A stretch of DNA of 64,000 bases from the NCBI GenBank assembly GCA_008632985.1, contig QPGO01000026.1:310001-374000 (forward strand), in the 5' to 3' direction. Under the pieces are notes generated by a model. That model did no database searches. It was given only the letters and a program-made list of their open reading frames with translations, and was not told the DNA's origin. Both the position numbers and the translations under genes were made by a program. Below, in pieces: positions 38,115-51,500 of the stretch (position 1 is the first letter of the stretch; each line of letters begins with the position of its first letter). Source of the stretch: Psammoneis japonica (lineage: Eukaryota).

Positions 38115-40636
38115 CTATGCAGTTTTTGTTTCTTGTTGAATGTCATTGAGAAATTTCAAAAGCTGCCGAGCATTGGACCGTTTCGCTTCATCTTGAACGG
38201 TGTTTTGCCAACGATCCTCCAGTGTCAAGTCTGCTCCGTGATCCGCCAAGACTCGAATCGCAGCCACGTTACCCTCTGCTGCCGCAATGTGAGCGGCAGT
38301 GCGCTTGTCATAGTCGGCGGCGTCCACGTTAATCTTGGCATTGAGCAATCTCCTAAGGAGCAAAATGTCCCCATCAAAGACGGCTTGGCATAGTACGGAC
38401 GCTGCGAGGCTTTCCGACATGCACAGCTCGGCGCCGTACTTGAACAATAGTTTCATGGTTTTCTCGTGGCCATTCTTGACGGCCTCCAAGAGGGCGGTGG
38501 AGCCGTGCATGTCTGTCAAGTTGGGGTTTGCCTGTTTTCAGATAAGAAGAGGCCATGGGTTGAATTCTATGGAAATCTAGTAGGCAGAGACGACACGACA
38601 CGACTTACCTTGTATTCCAACAGCATTTTCACAACGTCCGTGTTTCCCTTCATACTCGAAACCATGAGTGCGGTCCGCTGGTCATAGTCGGCACTGTCCG
38701 GGTCAAATCCTTGGTCACACATGAGAGCAATCGTAGCCGTGTCACCACGAGATGCGGCAAAGAGCAGTCGGGTTGTTTGATCATCGAGCTGCTTGCTCAC
38801 ATGCATCTTTACCAAATCCTTGATTGCCGTGAGTGACTCTTTTTTACGTTCCATTTCCGCCGAGCTGGTTTGGGCGCGGACCGAACCATAGCCGGCTTCA
38901 ATGTCATATGTGGACCCCGCTCGAAGTATTGGTAGACTCGTGGGGAGTTGCAGTTGTAATTCTTCCACCTTGTCGAGTAGATTCTGCAAAATTTTGCCAA
39001 CACTCCCGGGATGATCTTGAGCCAAGAGTTGATAGGCCGATCTTGATATGGTCAAAGTCTTGCATACCGTCAAGCATGAAACCGAATCAACCTGGGGCGA
39101 CTCTGTAAAAAAGCCAATCTCACCAATCAAGTCTCCGGCTTGCAGTTTTCGGTGACGCAAATGTTCGTCCGCGTCAAATTCTTGTTCAGAAGCATCGGTT
39201 TGAACGGAAGCATCCGAGGAAGCTGTATATTCAGGAGTGGTAATTTCTGCAATACCACCCACCAAGAGGAACAAGTCGGAAATGATGGAACCACGCTCGA
39301 CAATCTCCTCTCCCGGACTAAAAATCTCCACTTTACACGACGCCAGAAACGAATCGACAAATTGCTGCCGGACACCCTTCATGAGCTTGGTTTTGAGCAG
39401 TGGTTTCAGATATAGCTTTCGAAGTATCTTTCGTCTCACGGCGCTCGGAAAGTTCTTTAACACTTGTTCATCGGCAATCTCTCGATTATTGAATTCGAGT
39501 CGTAATTGCGACTCGAGCATGCGTTCAAACGCGTCATCAAAATGGTGCATTTCAGAGTAATCGTGAAGCGTCTCCAAACTGTCCCTGTATTCTCCCGTCT
39601 TTTCGTCGCCCTTGACAATGAGCAAGGTAATGGAACCAATAATCCACGCTGCCACCACAATGTTGAGCAGCATGAAGAATGAGCCACAAATCTGCTCGGC
39701 GGAACTAACGGGAGAAAAGTCGCCTATAAAAAGAATCATCCATAAACAGTGGTAAGTATCACAAGGAAAAGAGAAACTCCCACATTATCAACCTCTACGT
39801 ACCATACCCAACCGTACAAAAGGTCACAATAGACCAATACAATGCCGTCACGTATCGCTCAAAGCCATTCATATCATTGACCAACGGCCCTAGCCACGTT
39901 TTCTTGTCATCAAAGTCATTTAATCGTGCAATAAAGTACATGGAACACGCTGCCAAATGCGTCACGGTCAGTACGGCAAAAAAGTTTCGAATCAAGGTAA
40001 ACCAAAGCAGCGAGATTCGTGCGTCGTACTGCAACACGTCTGACAACTTTTTCATACGATGCAACCGCACAAACCGGAGCAAGCGTAACAGTGACAAGCA
40101 CAGCACAGTGTCATTTGTAGAATCTTGTTCCAGTCCCAAAGAAGCAATGCACAGGATTCAAACGGAAAGACTCCAATCAGATCGATCCAAAACATGCGTT
40201 TTAGGTAATGCACAAAGATATCGCGTCGTTCAAACATCATGATTTCATTCTTGTAAAAGGCGAGATTGAAATTAACGAGAATATCCACGGAAAAAATCAA
40301 CGTCAAGAGTCGTTCCACCATGGACGCTGCCGAATTGATGTATCCCTTTTCGTTCTGAAAGGCAATGTGAAAGGGAACGGAAAAGACGGTAAAGATGGCA
40401 CCCGTCACGGTCACGGTCCACCACACTTTGTACACGGGCATCCACGGAAATAAAATACCGTGAATTTCAGCCTTTTTCACCATATCCTTGTCGGATAACG
40501 TGGCTCCTTCGCCCCGAATGACACCGCTGGGACGCGTTGCCAAAACTTGACGAGCATGATGGGAGCTGTCCGTCAATACGACCTTTTTGGGACCAAAGGA
40601 TGCTCTACGAACGAGGGGTTCCAAAATGCCAGTCAT
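38115..40636 (-). CDS. AKT/Shaker-like 6TM potassium channel with cNMP-binding domain and ankyrin repeats; introns 39802-39724 and 38608-38532; one frameshift near 40135
   Basis: S4 reads LLRLLRFVRLHRM. The pore TFCTVGYG|DFSP spans an intron. The CNB domain includes IGEIGFF, and the ankyrin repeats include DYDQRTALM, HGSTALLEA and DYDKRTAAHIAA. Confidence 0.9.
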
Positions 40637-40703
40637 ATTGTTAGTATTTGTTTGAAACTACTTTATGATGGACAGTAGTCCTTTAGTGTGTTTGGGTTGT
40701 CGC

Positions 40704-40888
40704 TTCTTTGAACGAACTACTTCAAAGATTTTTTCATGGCATGGCACTACTCATGGTTTTGGCGTTGTGCGCAAATTCCGACGATTTTGGCGGAAGATCC
40801 AAGCAGCCAAACTTGAAGATGACGTCGAGTACGAAGATTGGCTGTAGATTTCTACAGAGATTTGATTTTTTGAAACTTCCCTCCGACG
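40704..40888 (+). repeat. ~180 bp direct repeat, copy 1, in the divergent intergenic region (copy 2 at 43762-43938)
   Basis: Both copies share GTTGTGCGCAAATTCCGACGATTT.GGCGGAAGATCCAA.CAGCCAAACTTGAAGATGAC...GAAACTTCCCTCCGACG. Confidence 0.88.
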
Positions 40889-41037
40889 TGATGATGAGAG
40901 TACCGTAGAGCCTGGCTGACACCTGACACGCGTGAAACTTCTCGACGACCGACGACAGCAATCGATGATTTTCTTCGACGCCATACAAAACAACTAACGA
41001 TACGGCGTTATTATTTGGCAAAGAAAGGTGCACTAGT

Positions 41038-42885
41038 ATGCTGGCAAGGTTCGAAGTGTTTGAAAGAGCTGGTAGCTCTGTCCCACCATCGTACGATGCA
41101 TCACTGGGGTTGCTGGGATCATGGGTGAATGGGCTTTTGGACCGTGTGGACGAATGCGGAGAGAAACCTGCATCAGTCAGCGGTCAGCCGCATGAATCAA
41201 AGGTTCCGCCGCAACCAATCTCTCTCACCACCATGACCAAAGACGAAATGGTAGAATGTTTGATGAAAGCTTCCCAAGAGTATGATCGAGATGCAGACGT
41301 GGATGACAATGACGAAGAGCAAGTCGCGGCTGCGCTCCCCAAACGCAGCGACCAAGCAACGCCCGATGCCTCTCCTGAACAAAATGAACAATACAAGAAA
41401 GCACTAGACGATCTGGATGAGGCGATTGCTGAGGCGGCCAGCGAATTGATTGATATGTGTAAAGTTCGTAAGAAAGGCGAGGAGCGAAACGTGATGAATC
41501 TAGGTGGAAATACAAAATCCTGTCTTGCTTTTCAAGCCGTTCGCGCTGCAGCAGTGGAAGCCCTTCGCCAAGCGAAATTGCTTTCAAAACACAGTTCAAT
41601 CGTTTTCTTATCCAGACTGATCGAAGTGATTGACGATAACTGTAACGGCCAACACGCCGTGGATGAACGACCCAGCGACGATGTTGCAAGCGAACAGAAT
41701 CAAAGAGATGAGTTTGAGGCACGCGTGAAGATTTGGAGGCGATGTCACGGACGTGGTGGAGGCCGCCTTTTGCATCCCCGATGTACTGATGTCGAGTCTA
41801 CCGTGCCTCGTCTACGTCTTTACTTTTGCGAGTTGCGGGAGGAATGGGAGTCGAGTCACGAGTTAGAGGTTTCACGTGCCAACAAAGCTCTCACATTGAG
41901 ATTGGTGTTTGGCGTTCATGCAGCCCAATTCCCCTGCTCCACATCCAGGTACGGGGTACGCGGATTACTCGACGATAACCCTCACGTCTACACCATGGAT
42001 TATGAGGAGTGGAAGAAGAGAAAGATGATCAACAACTTGAACCTAAAGGAAGCATACAAGAGCAATTTGCTTTTTGGTTGGGTTGGTACTCGTACTGAAG
42101 CCTGCAAGTGCCCACCCAACCTTTTGAGCCATTCCAACTTCAGCGGGAGAGGGCATGCCAATCTTACCGAGCCAATGTTCTCAAAACCAAAGGTATGCGT
42201 TCCACTCTGTAAGTTCGTACGAGTTGGGTATCTTCGAAAAATGGCCAAGCTTGAGAGATGCCAAGACATTCCAGATCATGCGTTTGTAGAACACGCAACA
42301 TTCGCGGTGAGCCATCGATGGCGTACTAGAGACCACCCCGATCCCAAAGGCGAACATTTGAGGTCGATCAATGCCTCTCTTGCCTCTCTTGATAACGTCG
42401 ACGAGGATGATGGTGTGTTTATCGACTACTGTTGCCTTCCCCAAAAACCAGATCGATCCGCGGTTGAACTGGCAAGTTTCCGACTCTTACTGAGAAACAT
42501 GGACATTATTTACCGGAGAACACACATAGTCATCGTTGCCAGTGAAGACTATTTCTTGAGATCGTGGTGCTGGTATGAGTTCTGTTGCTGGCTACTGAGC
42601 CCATACCCAACACAGGCTTTCGGCCAAGATATTGAGGGGATGTCGGAATGGGTCATGGCAATGACGGCAATGCTTTTTGGACGGCCAATATTTTTGCTGG
42701 ATCGTGCCGAGTTGTGTATGTTGGGCTCGGTTTGGCTTTGCTTCACAACCGCCACAAATTCTGCGGAAACATTCTACCTGCTTCAATCGTTCGTCGAGAA
42801 TCATCCTGCATCAAGACAACGCACCTTCCTTCCTGAAGTGTGGACACGGATTTTTTGGAAAATGGGCTATATGATTCGAACCTAG
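41038..42885 (+). CDS. Protein with C-terminal HET-like (heterokaryon incompatibility-type) domain
   Basis: FAVSHRW..DHPDP.G, VFIDYCCLPQ, NMDIIY and YFLRSWCWYE follow the HET motif order SHxW / D..C.Q / M..IY / R.W..E. The start codon is uncertain. Confidence 0.68.
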   Translation: MLARFEVFERAGSSVPPSYDASLGLLGSWVNGLLDRVDECGEKPASVSGQPHESKVPPQPISLTTMTKDEMVECLMKASQEYDRDADVDDNDEEQVAAALPKRSDQATPDASPEQNEQYKKALDDLDEAIAEAASELIDMCKVRKKGEERNVMNLGGNTKSCLAFQAVRAAAVEALRQAKLLSKHSSIVFLSRLIEVIDDNCNGQHAVDERPSDDVASEQNQRDEFEARVKIWRRCHGRGGGRLLHPRCTDVESTVPRLRLYFCELREEWESSHELEVSRANKALTLRLVFGVHAAQFPCSTSRYGVRGLLDDNPHVYTMDYEEWKKRKMINNLNLKEAYKSNLLFGWVGTRTEACKCPPNLLSHSNFSGRGHANLTEPMFSKPKVCVPLCKFVRVGYLRKMAKLERCQDIPDHAFVEHATFAVSHRWRTRDHPDPKGEHLRSINASLASLDNVDEDDGVFIDYCCLPQKPDRSAVELASFRLLLRNMDIIYRRTHIVIVASEDYFLRSWCWYEFCCWLLSPYPTQAFGQDIEGMSEWVMAMTAMLFGRPIFLLDRAELCMLGSVWLCFTTATNSAETFYLLQSFVENHPASRQRTFLPEVWTRIFWKMGYMIRT

Positions 42886-43761
42886 AGAGGTGTCAGCAAT
42901 TGGATAAAAGAGTCTTTCCAACGGCCGAAGCTAAATGCTGCATAAAGCACCACAGCCCTGACTTCCGCGCTCCCTTGACATTCTTCTTCCACTGTTCTGA
43001 TGTCGCTGCAACTGTTCCTTTCACCATGCCTGTCGCATTGTCTTCAAAGGAGTAACAGCACTTAAAAATTGGATTTGCTTTTCTCTGCTTGTGGGTGCGC
43101 CGCGGAGGTTTCCCAGCACGATTGTTCATGTTTAGCATTTTCTTCTTTGTCAAACGAACACAGAAAACAAAGCCTTCGTTCGTGTCAGGAGCACAAGGCA
43201 GATGAACCGCGGCGCATTCTATTTTTCCATGACTGAAGCATTGTGATGGCTCAAGCCAATCATCTGCATCATGTGTTCATCACCATTGAACTTCAACATG
43301 CCCATCACCCATGAGTTTGAAGTTGTGGTGAGAGAAATCCAGAGTTGCACAGCAGGTGCATTGTTGCTTTAGTGTCATCCACACACAATGACAAACAAAA
43401 GCCCAACACATGAAGGCTGTCATGCACTGTTGTTTCCGAGTTCATGGTGATTCATGCACTGGCAAAAGTGCACACTTCAGGTGAAATGTGTTGTCTGCAA
43501 CAGCGCAACAGAGAGCAATGCAGCACATTTTCAGTGCCTGTTTCTGATGGGGTTCTGTTCAAAACAAATTTTGTAGAGCAAGGTCATGACATGGCAGTGT
43601 GCTCACGCAGATTTTTGGCATGGTGTGCAAAGCAATGATTCATGAAAGCAAAGGCCTCACATTCTGTTGCTTGTTGCACGTGCACAAACAACCCTTCAAT
43701 GTTTGTGCTGGAGTCAGCCTGTCATCTCATTAGAGAAATTGGATCATGCTGGTTTCAGAAA

Positions 43762-43938
43762 TTCTTTGAACGAACTAAAAATCAAACGAAAGAGATCCTG
43801 CTCACATGGTTGTGTTGTGCGCAAATTCCGACGATTTGGGCGGAAGATCCAACCAGCCAAACTTGAAGATGACAACGAATGCTTGGATTGGCCGTAGAAT
43901 TCTACAGAGATTTAGTTTTTCGAAACTTCCCTCCGACG
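43762..43938 (+). repeat. ~180 bp direct repeat, copy 2
   Basis: Matches 40704-40888 and locally retains TA and CG. Confidence 0.85.
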
Positions 43939-46900
43939 AGTGCGGCACTCTACAGTGGCAGGCTACAGCACGAGCCGTCACAGGTGGGGCCCTCCTGCAG
44001 CATGACCACAGGCTCAAGTTCAAGAAATGGGCTGGCATGTCGCCTCAACGGAAAAATCTTTAACATCCATGACTTAGGACAATTTTATGTGTGCCGATTT
44101 GCAACCTTTTTCGCGAATGTTTGGTCCGTCATCTGTCCATCAGAACATGGATTTTCGTGACCCTTCAGGCCTTTTTCACCGCGACACAGCACGGCACAAT
44201 GGCGCCGTCACGCCGTCGCGATTTTGAGCACAGTGGAAGGTGGGGCATTGGTCGCCGACGATTGCATTGGTCCCTTTCGATGCTCCAAAGGCTCGAGTGT
44301 GTCATCGGCGACCGATGCCCCGCCTTCCTTTGTTGTGAAAATGCGATCGATGACAAGGTGCACACATCTCTGCGTGATTCAGTGCTCGTCATTTGAATTT
44401 CCAATTTTCTCACACCAACATCATCAACCGTCATCATCGTTCGTGCAGCCATGGCACCCAGCAAGAAAAAGAGCAGCGATGCAGGAAAGAAAAAAGTTGT
44501 TGTCCTGTTGAAAAGAGTTGACAATGCTCTCATTCTTTTGACAGCACACGTCTTGGCAAGCTTTGATGGGAAATGGCCAAACGCAGGAGACATTCACCGT
44601 GTGCTCCAGGTTGGCGGCATTCCAGGCAGAATGGCCCAAGTGATGTGCCGGATTCAATCCAGAAGGGATCTGGATCCAAGGGCTTGGCTTCATTTCGCAG
44701 AATGTCTGATGACAATGAAAGGCACAGCCGTTCAGCAAAATTTGAATCTGATCCCGATGCTCCCGAATCTCAAGCCCACATTCAAATTGAATCATTCAGG
44801 ATTGACTTTTCGGCGTGCTGTGTGGTTCACATGATTCCCTTGTTGCATCCGTTGATGCTCACATTGCACAATCTACCGTGAAGTCATGCAACAGAATGGA
44901 ACAATCTGTTTCATGGCAACAGCGATTGTGGCGGCATTGATTTTTTCAACTGCCATTGCAGTTGGCGACATTGCATCTAGAGTTGCAATTTGCAACATCA
45001 TCACATTCTTTGAAAGCATCCTCTTCTTCAGACAACTCAGCTGCCGGCACCCATGCAGTCGTCATGGCAAAGAAGCAGCTCTCACTTTTTCTTCAGTGTT
45101 GATGGAGGGAGAAAAAAATTCTCAGATTGCACGTAATTTCAGTGCTGAAACACACGCAGAACAGACAGCAAAAAGAAGTGCAGGCCAGCCCATGTTCGCA
45201 AAATGGGACTCACGTGGCGGCCCTTCACACCAGCCTGTTTCTTGAACTTGAGCCCATGGCATGACAGGCCTAAAACGGCAAAGCAAAAACACACACACAC
45301 AAATCACGTGAGTTGCTGTCCATGATCTTGCAAGAGAGAGTGTGGCACAATGCTTCTTCAACACTTGTTGTTTCTGTTGTGCAACTCCTCTGTTCAAAAC
45401 AAATTTAATGAGACACAAGGCAAAAAACGAGGAGAGCCACCAAAAACCTTTTGATTTCTCGCAGCAGCAGCACACGCGGTGCTCTCATGCAATGATTCTT
45501 GGCACAGTGCGCAGAGCAACTTTCATCTCAGCAAATGTTCCATTCTGCACCCCAGGTGCACACTGCACACATGAACAATGGGCTCTGTGTCCTGGAGTCA
45601 GACAGCTTTGTCATCATCTCATTGGCTGGAAGCCACAACTCTTGTCATTGAGCATGTGCCCCCGCGCACTGCCCCATGGGAAACTTGGACCATGCTGGTT
45701 TCAAAAGTCACCAGTGCTGGGTTGATGAGTGGGTGGCTGTGCTCATTGGTGCACACCCAAAGGAAACTTGCACTGTGACTTGTTCCAGGCTTGTTTGGGG
45801 TGGTGTGCACATGCCCACTTCTCTCACAAAAGCAAATGTTTTGTGGTGCGCATCATGCTCACTTGCTTTTGGTCAATTTTTTGCAGCCCAATTTTTTCAA
45901 GAGGTGTCAAGATCAGTTTGGCAAACTGTGCTTTCTGCACACAAGCAACAAAGATGGGCATTGTTGTCCTTGGCCCTTTTCAAAAAAAGATCTCAACCTT
46001 TTGAGACACGACTCTCACTCACATGTTTGTCAATGCAGGCCATCATCTGTGTGCAGCACTGAGACGACAAAGCCAAACCAAGCCAGGTGTTGGCATGATG
46101 CTCTCTTGACAAATGAAAGAAATGGCAATTGTCCTGCTCAAATTTTGGCAAAAAAGAGCAGAAACAGGATCACAATGTGAAGACTCTCTGCCTTGCCAAC
46201 CCAGCATGAGCAACAATGACAGCCAAAGTGACGTGCACGCAAACAACACAGTGCGGTGGTGCGCGCATGACACCCAACTCTTCTACAAAGGCAAGCTTGG
46301 GAGCACATGTCCTTGCAGAAACAAATGTCTTTGAGACTGAACTTTGCAAGTCTCTGCTGACCAAGGCCTCCCCCAATTGCAGCTCTCGTTTCCAACTCAT
46401 CTCAGATGCCCAGCTTCATGGCTTGACTCCAGTTTGCCATGCTCAAGGGTTGGCCATCATTGTTGACACAACCACAAACCTGCAATGCCAGAGACACCAC
46501 AAGTGCTTTGTTGGGATTGTGCCAAGGTTGCTTCTTGACACTGACAACTGGCATTCATTGAAGCACTTTTTGACATCAGCTGTCTGCCCTTGGCCCCCAC
46601 ATGTGTTCCCATGCACACGCTCTTGCACTGATGTTGCCCTTCTTAAATGGCATTTTGCTGGGCCTCCCACAGCCATTCTTGCCATTTTCCGTGCAATGTT
46701 TCCAAGTGGAAAATGACTGGAATTGACTCCTTGTGGTTTGCGTGCTCATTGATCTTTTTCATGATTTTCTGCAGATTTGACAATTTTTCTTCATTGACTC
46801 CAGTGCAACTCCTGCAAGCTTTAGTTTGTCAAATTTCTGAGGTGCTTGCACCCACACCCATCTGTCCTTGAAGCCCTTCTTTGTTCCTGTTGGCCAATCA

Positions 46901-48320
46901 AGGATCGCTTGGTTTGGTGAACACATGGCCTTGGCTGTGGTGCTGATGAGAATGAGTGCAAGTTCTCCTTTGGCGCCACTTCTTGTTGACAATCTTCCAT
47001 TGATTTGGCATGGTTTCTGCATGTGAAAAATGTTTTTGCCAATGGACAACTTGTCACATCATCAAGTGCTTCCATTTCTTGTCTTCCAGTCCTGCTGGAC
47101 AATCCCTCCATTGCTTGCTGGCAAATCAAGCTCCCTGCTCCATGGTGCAGTGATCTTTCTGCCATGGTTGCATTGCTTTGAGGTGTGAAAGTGGCTTCTT
47201 TTTGATGAGCACCAGCCAGTGGTTTGGCAACCACATTTTAATCTCATTTTTTGCTGTTTTTCAACCAACCAAGTTCTGAGTGTGCCTGTTCTTTGCCATT
47301 TTGGCATGGCAGCTGTGTCTCCAGTCCATGTGAAAGCAATGAACTCTGCAAAGTGTCAATTTGTTGTTCCCAGTTGCCCCAGGTGGGCATCAATGCAAGG
47401 TGGCACCAACCTTGGTCAGTCCTTGTCCCCTTCTGTCACACTTGTTTGGCAAGCTAGAAGTGTGGGTCAGCTGGTGCAATGGCATGGCTGGCAAAATGGT
47501 TGGAGCCCCTCTCCATTGCCCTCCAGCAATGTCCTCCAGCCAGCAGGGTCACACTCCTCCCTTTGTTGCAAACAATGACTCCACAGCCCCATCATCCACA
47601 GCATTGGCACACTCCACAGACTTGGAGCATGTGGCAACATCTCTGGAGCTGTTGGAGCTGCCGCCTCTGTCGAGCAACACAAAAACATTCCCCACACACA
47701 GGATCTTGGGTGTGAGGGGCACACAAGGACAGATGACCTTGCACTTCATTGCTGTCTTGGGACAATGGGTCCATGTCTTGACCAACAACACCATGTTCCA
47801 AGCATTGTGCCGTGCATCATGGAGATGCAAATCATGCATTTTAACAACCACAGACAAGTGTGATGCCCTGCATTCCATGCAACAATGACAATCATCAATG
47901 CAAACTGTCATTTGCAGTTGTTGTTGTTTGCTCACTTTTAAAGTTGACACAATGATTGTTCCTGAAAAGCCCCCAATTTGATGGCTCTGTCAAGCAAGTG
48001 AACTCCACAGTGTTCACCTCAAACAGCAATGGAAGAGAATGGATGCTGAAAAGAGTCCCAACAACTGCCACAGCTGTGTCAAAACAAATGCCATGACCCT
48101 CTCAGAGCCACAAGCAATCATGTGTGCAGCACAAGAAGAGAAGTTTGCAACAGCCCTGCTTCCTTGAAGAGCCAAATCTCTCAAGTGAATCTTGCCCTCA
48201 AATCAGATCAAACAATGATCATTTTCAGCACTTGATTGCAACCTTGATGGCATCCATTCCACTTGACTTTGACATTGCTTGTTTGCATTGGCAAGGCTGG
48301 ACAGGCAGGCTGAGCCAACT

Positions 48321-48527
48321 GCCACCATGCAGATGCAACATCAAGCAGAGAACAGACATCTGATGGATGCCACAGTCGGAGAGAGTGCAACCATCCTCCA
48401 ACTGCTTTCTGGCAAAACCCAAATGCTGTGCATCCATGGGGATTCCCTCCACATCCTGAATGCCCAACTTCACATTGCAGATTGTGTTGCTGGGTGCAAC
48501 CGCAAGCTTGGTTGTCTTTCCCATCAA
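48321..48527 (-). pseudogene. Decayed ubiquitin/ubiquitin-like domain
   Basis: [67 protein letters not shown] aligns without gaps to ubiquitin [67 protein letters not shown]. Confidence 0.85.
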
Positions 48528-51500
48528 CTCAAACTGCTGGAACTCTTGGTGACATGAGATGTGATTCTCTTGACAAAAAATTCCTTTTCTGATTGAGACA
48601 AACAGGAACTCTCACTCACTTTGTGGACAAGTGCAGCTGAACAGCATCAGCAAGCCAGTTGTGGTTGCTTCTCTTGGCCCAAAAGAGTGCCGCCGCTGTC
48701 TCAAACTGACCATTTGCAAGCACAGCATGAACAACTCCATGTGCCAATGGAAGAGATTTTCCTGAGATCAGCAAGTGTGCCACATCAATGTTGCTTTCCT
48801 TTGCAATTTTGCCACCCCATCCTTCTCCCCAAAGCACGCTGCAGCATGTGGTGTTGACACACAATTCCACAAATGACAGCCTGCTTTGCTCCCAAAGTGA
48901 TGTGCCAATGCTTGCATCAGACCAACTGACTCCACACCTCTCATTCCACAAATGCACAAATCCAGCAGGCAATCAACAACTCTCAGTCATTCTGGGTTGC
49001 TTTTCTGGCTCACTTTTGTCTTGCAAAAGAGCAACAAGAGTGCACCAATGCTGCATCTCTGATCCCTCCATGATGTCTTCAAAGGCATTTGGACAGCATT
49101 GGTGCAATGCGCTGAGCATGCCTGCCATGCCTCTGTCAGCAACCAGATGCAACAGGCCAAAAGATGTGTTGTTGAGTGACCAATGAGGCTCAGCAACTCA
49201 CCAGGCCACATGCAAATGATTGAGGGACACCGGTTGCTCATGGTCATGCTGACATGAAGCCTGCACAAAGCCTTCCTCATCCACAGGTTGTGCCAAACAG
49301 AAAGCAGTTGACTTTTGCACAATGAAAGGATCTGCTGAGGATGCAAAAAGAAGATGACTGGCAAAACCAATCACTTTCAACAATGCTTGGTGTGCATGTG
49401 ACTTGTCAGCACAATTGTGTTCATGCCAACCAGTGACAAAGGTCAGGCTTGGAAAGAAGAAACCATTGTGGGCCCCACACGCACAAACTTTGTCTGTTCA
49501 AACTTCATCCAATCCCTCCTGGATCATCATGGAGCAATGATGTTTCTGTGGATGTGTTGTTTCTTCACTGTCCTCATCACACCAGGGAAGGTGATGCTCT
49601 GCAATGCAGTGAATGCACAACTTTTTTCTCCCTTGGAAACCATTTGGCTCAGGTGGTCAAACATGATGTTGTGCAAAGTGAAGCACCTTCCAGCCAGCCT
49701 TGCAAGGACACCTGTGCTGACAATCATGCAAACAATCTTTTGAGCCATCAATGGTGGCAGGAGTTGTCAAGCCAGCACAATTCTGGGAGTGTCTCTTTGT
49801 GCAAACAGCACAACTTGTGGGGAGATGCAGCAACAAAGCAACTCAACAAGCTCCATGATGAGGCAAAACAAGACAGGGCAAGTGAGCAAGGTGTGCTGTT
49901 TGACACAGGGTGTGGCAACAACACAGAGGACAAAAACAATGAGAAGAGCAAGAGTGCACCAACATGAAAAGCTGGCAAAGAAGGTGGCAAAAGCACAAAG
50001 GAGAAGACAATGAGGCAGCAGATGCTTTGAGGGCAGACAATCCAGCAAATGAACAGCAGCAATTGGCAAAAAACACTGCACAGCCCTTGGCAAAGAAAGC
50101 AGCACATTGGCAACCATTGACACAAACTGTGTGCACAATGCACTGTGTTGTTTAAATTCATGCACATGACACAATGACAAACACCAACAACAATGACTGC
50201 GGGGGGGGGGGGGGGGGCATGGCAAAAAAATGTTTGCATGTCACAGTTGACAATTTTTTGCCATGTGCAACATGCAGCATCCTGTCACAGCATGAAGAAA
50301 GTTGCCATGAGAAAGGACCCTCAACAACTGTGCAACATGCTCTGATGCATGGCATTGAACTAGATCAGATTTGAGCCTGCCACCACAGCTGCAGCTGCCT
50401 TGGTGTGATCCCATCTTGTTTCCATTGACTGTGGAGAGCAAACCTTGTCATGATGTGCAGATGTTTGATCGGCTCTGGTGACACTAAAGTTGGATGCGCT
50501 GTTGTCCATTCAAGATTTGGCTGCTTGCAAGATGCAGCAATTTGATTTGTGCAGGTGTCAGCACATTTCTGCTGTTTCATTTTGTTCAGCAGAAGTGTGC
50601 AATTTGCTCCAGAGCCAGCAATGTTTTTCACTTTTTCAGGACACAATGATGACACACAAAACTTTGAAAAGAAAATTTCTCCCTCCAACCTGACCAAGAC
50701 TGACAGAAGGCGACAACATCTGGGTGCTGTTGCACATCCAGGCACGTGCACAATCCCGTGCTCATGCAGCTCAAAGCAGAAAGCAGAAAAACAATGAAAG
50801 AAAATGGTGGGTGAACACTGCAAAGGAAAAAAAGAAAAAGCAACAATGGCTGAAGAGAGTTTGAAGATGTGCTGCAGCTGCACCTTGGGGTCAACCTGCC
50901 AAAAATGTGCTTGTTCATGCAGCAGATGTGGCCAACTGTGCACCACTTGTGCTTGCTTTCACAAGTGCAAGAGCAAGAAAGGACTCCATGCTTGTGGCCA
51001 ACACACAGCAGGAACATGGAAAATAAACTGCAAAAACTTCAAACCACCCAGGGGTCCAGTCTGCTGCAGTCAAACATTTCTCAACCCATCAACCACATCC
51101 CAGCACTGAAATCAAACAAGAAAAAAGAAGGCTGTCACCAAAGCCAACAAGGAGAGCATCATGTCTGACAATCAAGCAACTGCCACTGTTGAGGGCAGCA
51201 ATGTTGAGAAGGTTGTTGCTGCCACAAGGTGAGAGAGCAGCTGCAGGATGGAGAGTGCTTGGAGGGAGCCATTGCTCTGCCCAACAACTTCAACTTGGCC
51301 CAGCACAAATCATTTGCAAGATGTTTGGCAAGACCTGTCAGCTGAGTTGAGGTTCTCATGATGGCTGCCCGGTTGTTGGGTCTGTTGGATGCACACCCAG
51401 AGACACAAACTTTGGCACATGCAGACAGTGCTGGATCTCTCTGAGATCCTTTGCTCACTCTTCCCCTCATTTCCATGCTTGTTGCTGCTGTCCTGGCATC

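Noticed and set aside
50201..50217. Long G/C homopolymer runs (also ~8699 and ~10916) as functional G-quadruplexes
   Set aside because: They are simple runs inside decayed repeats with unreliable lengths and no supporting context.
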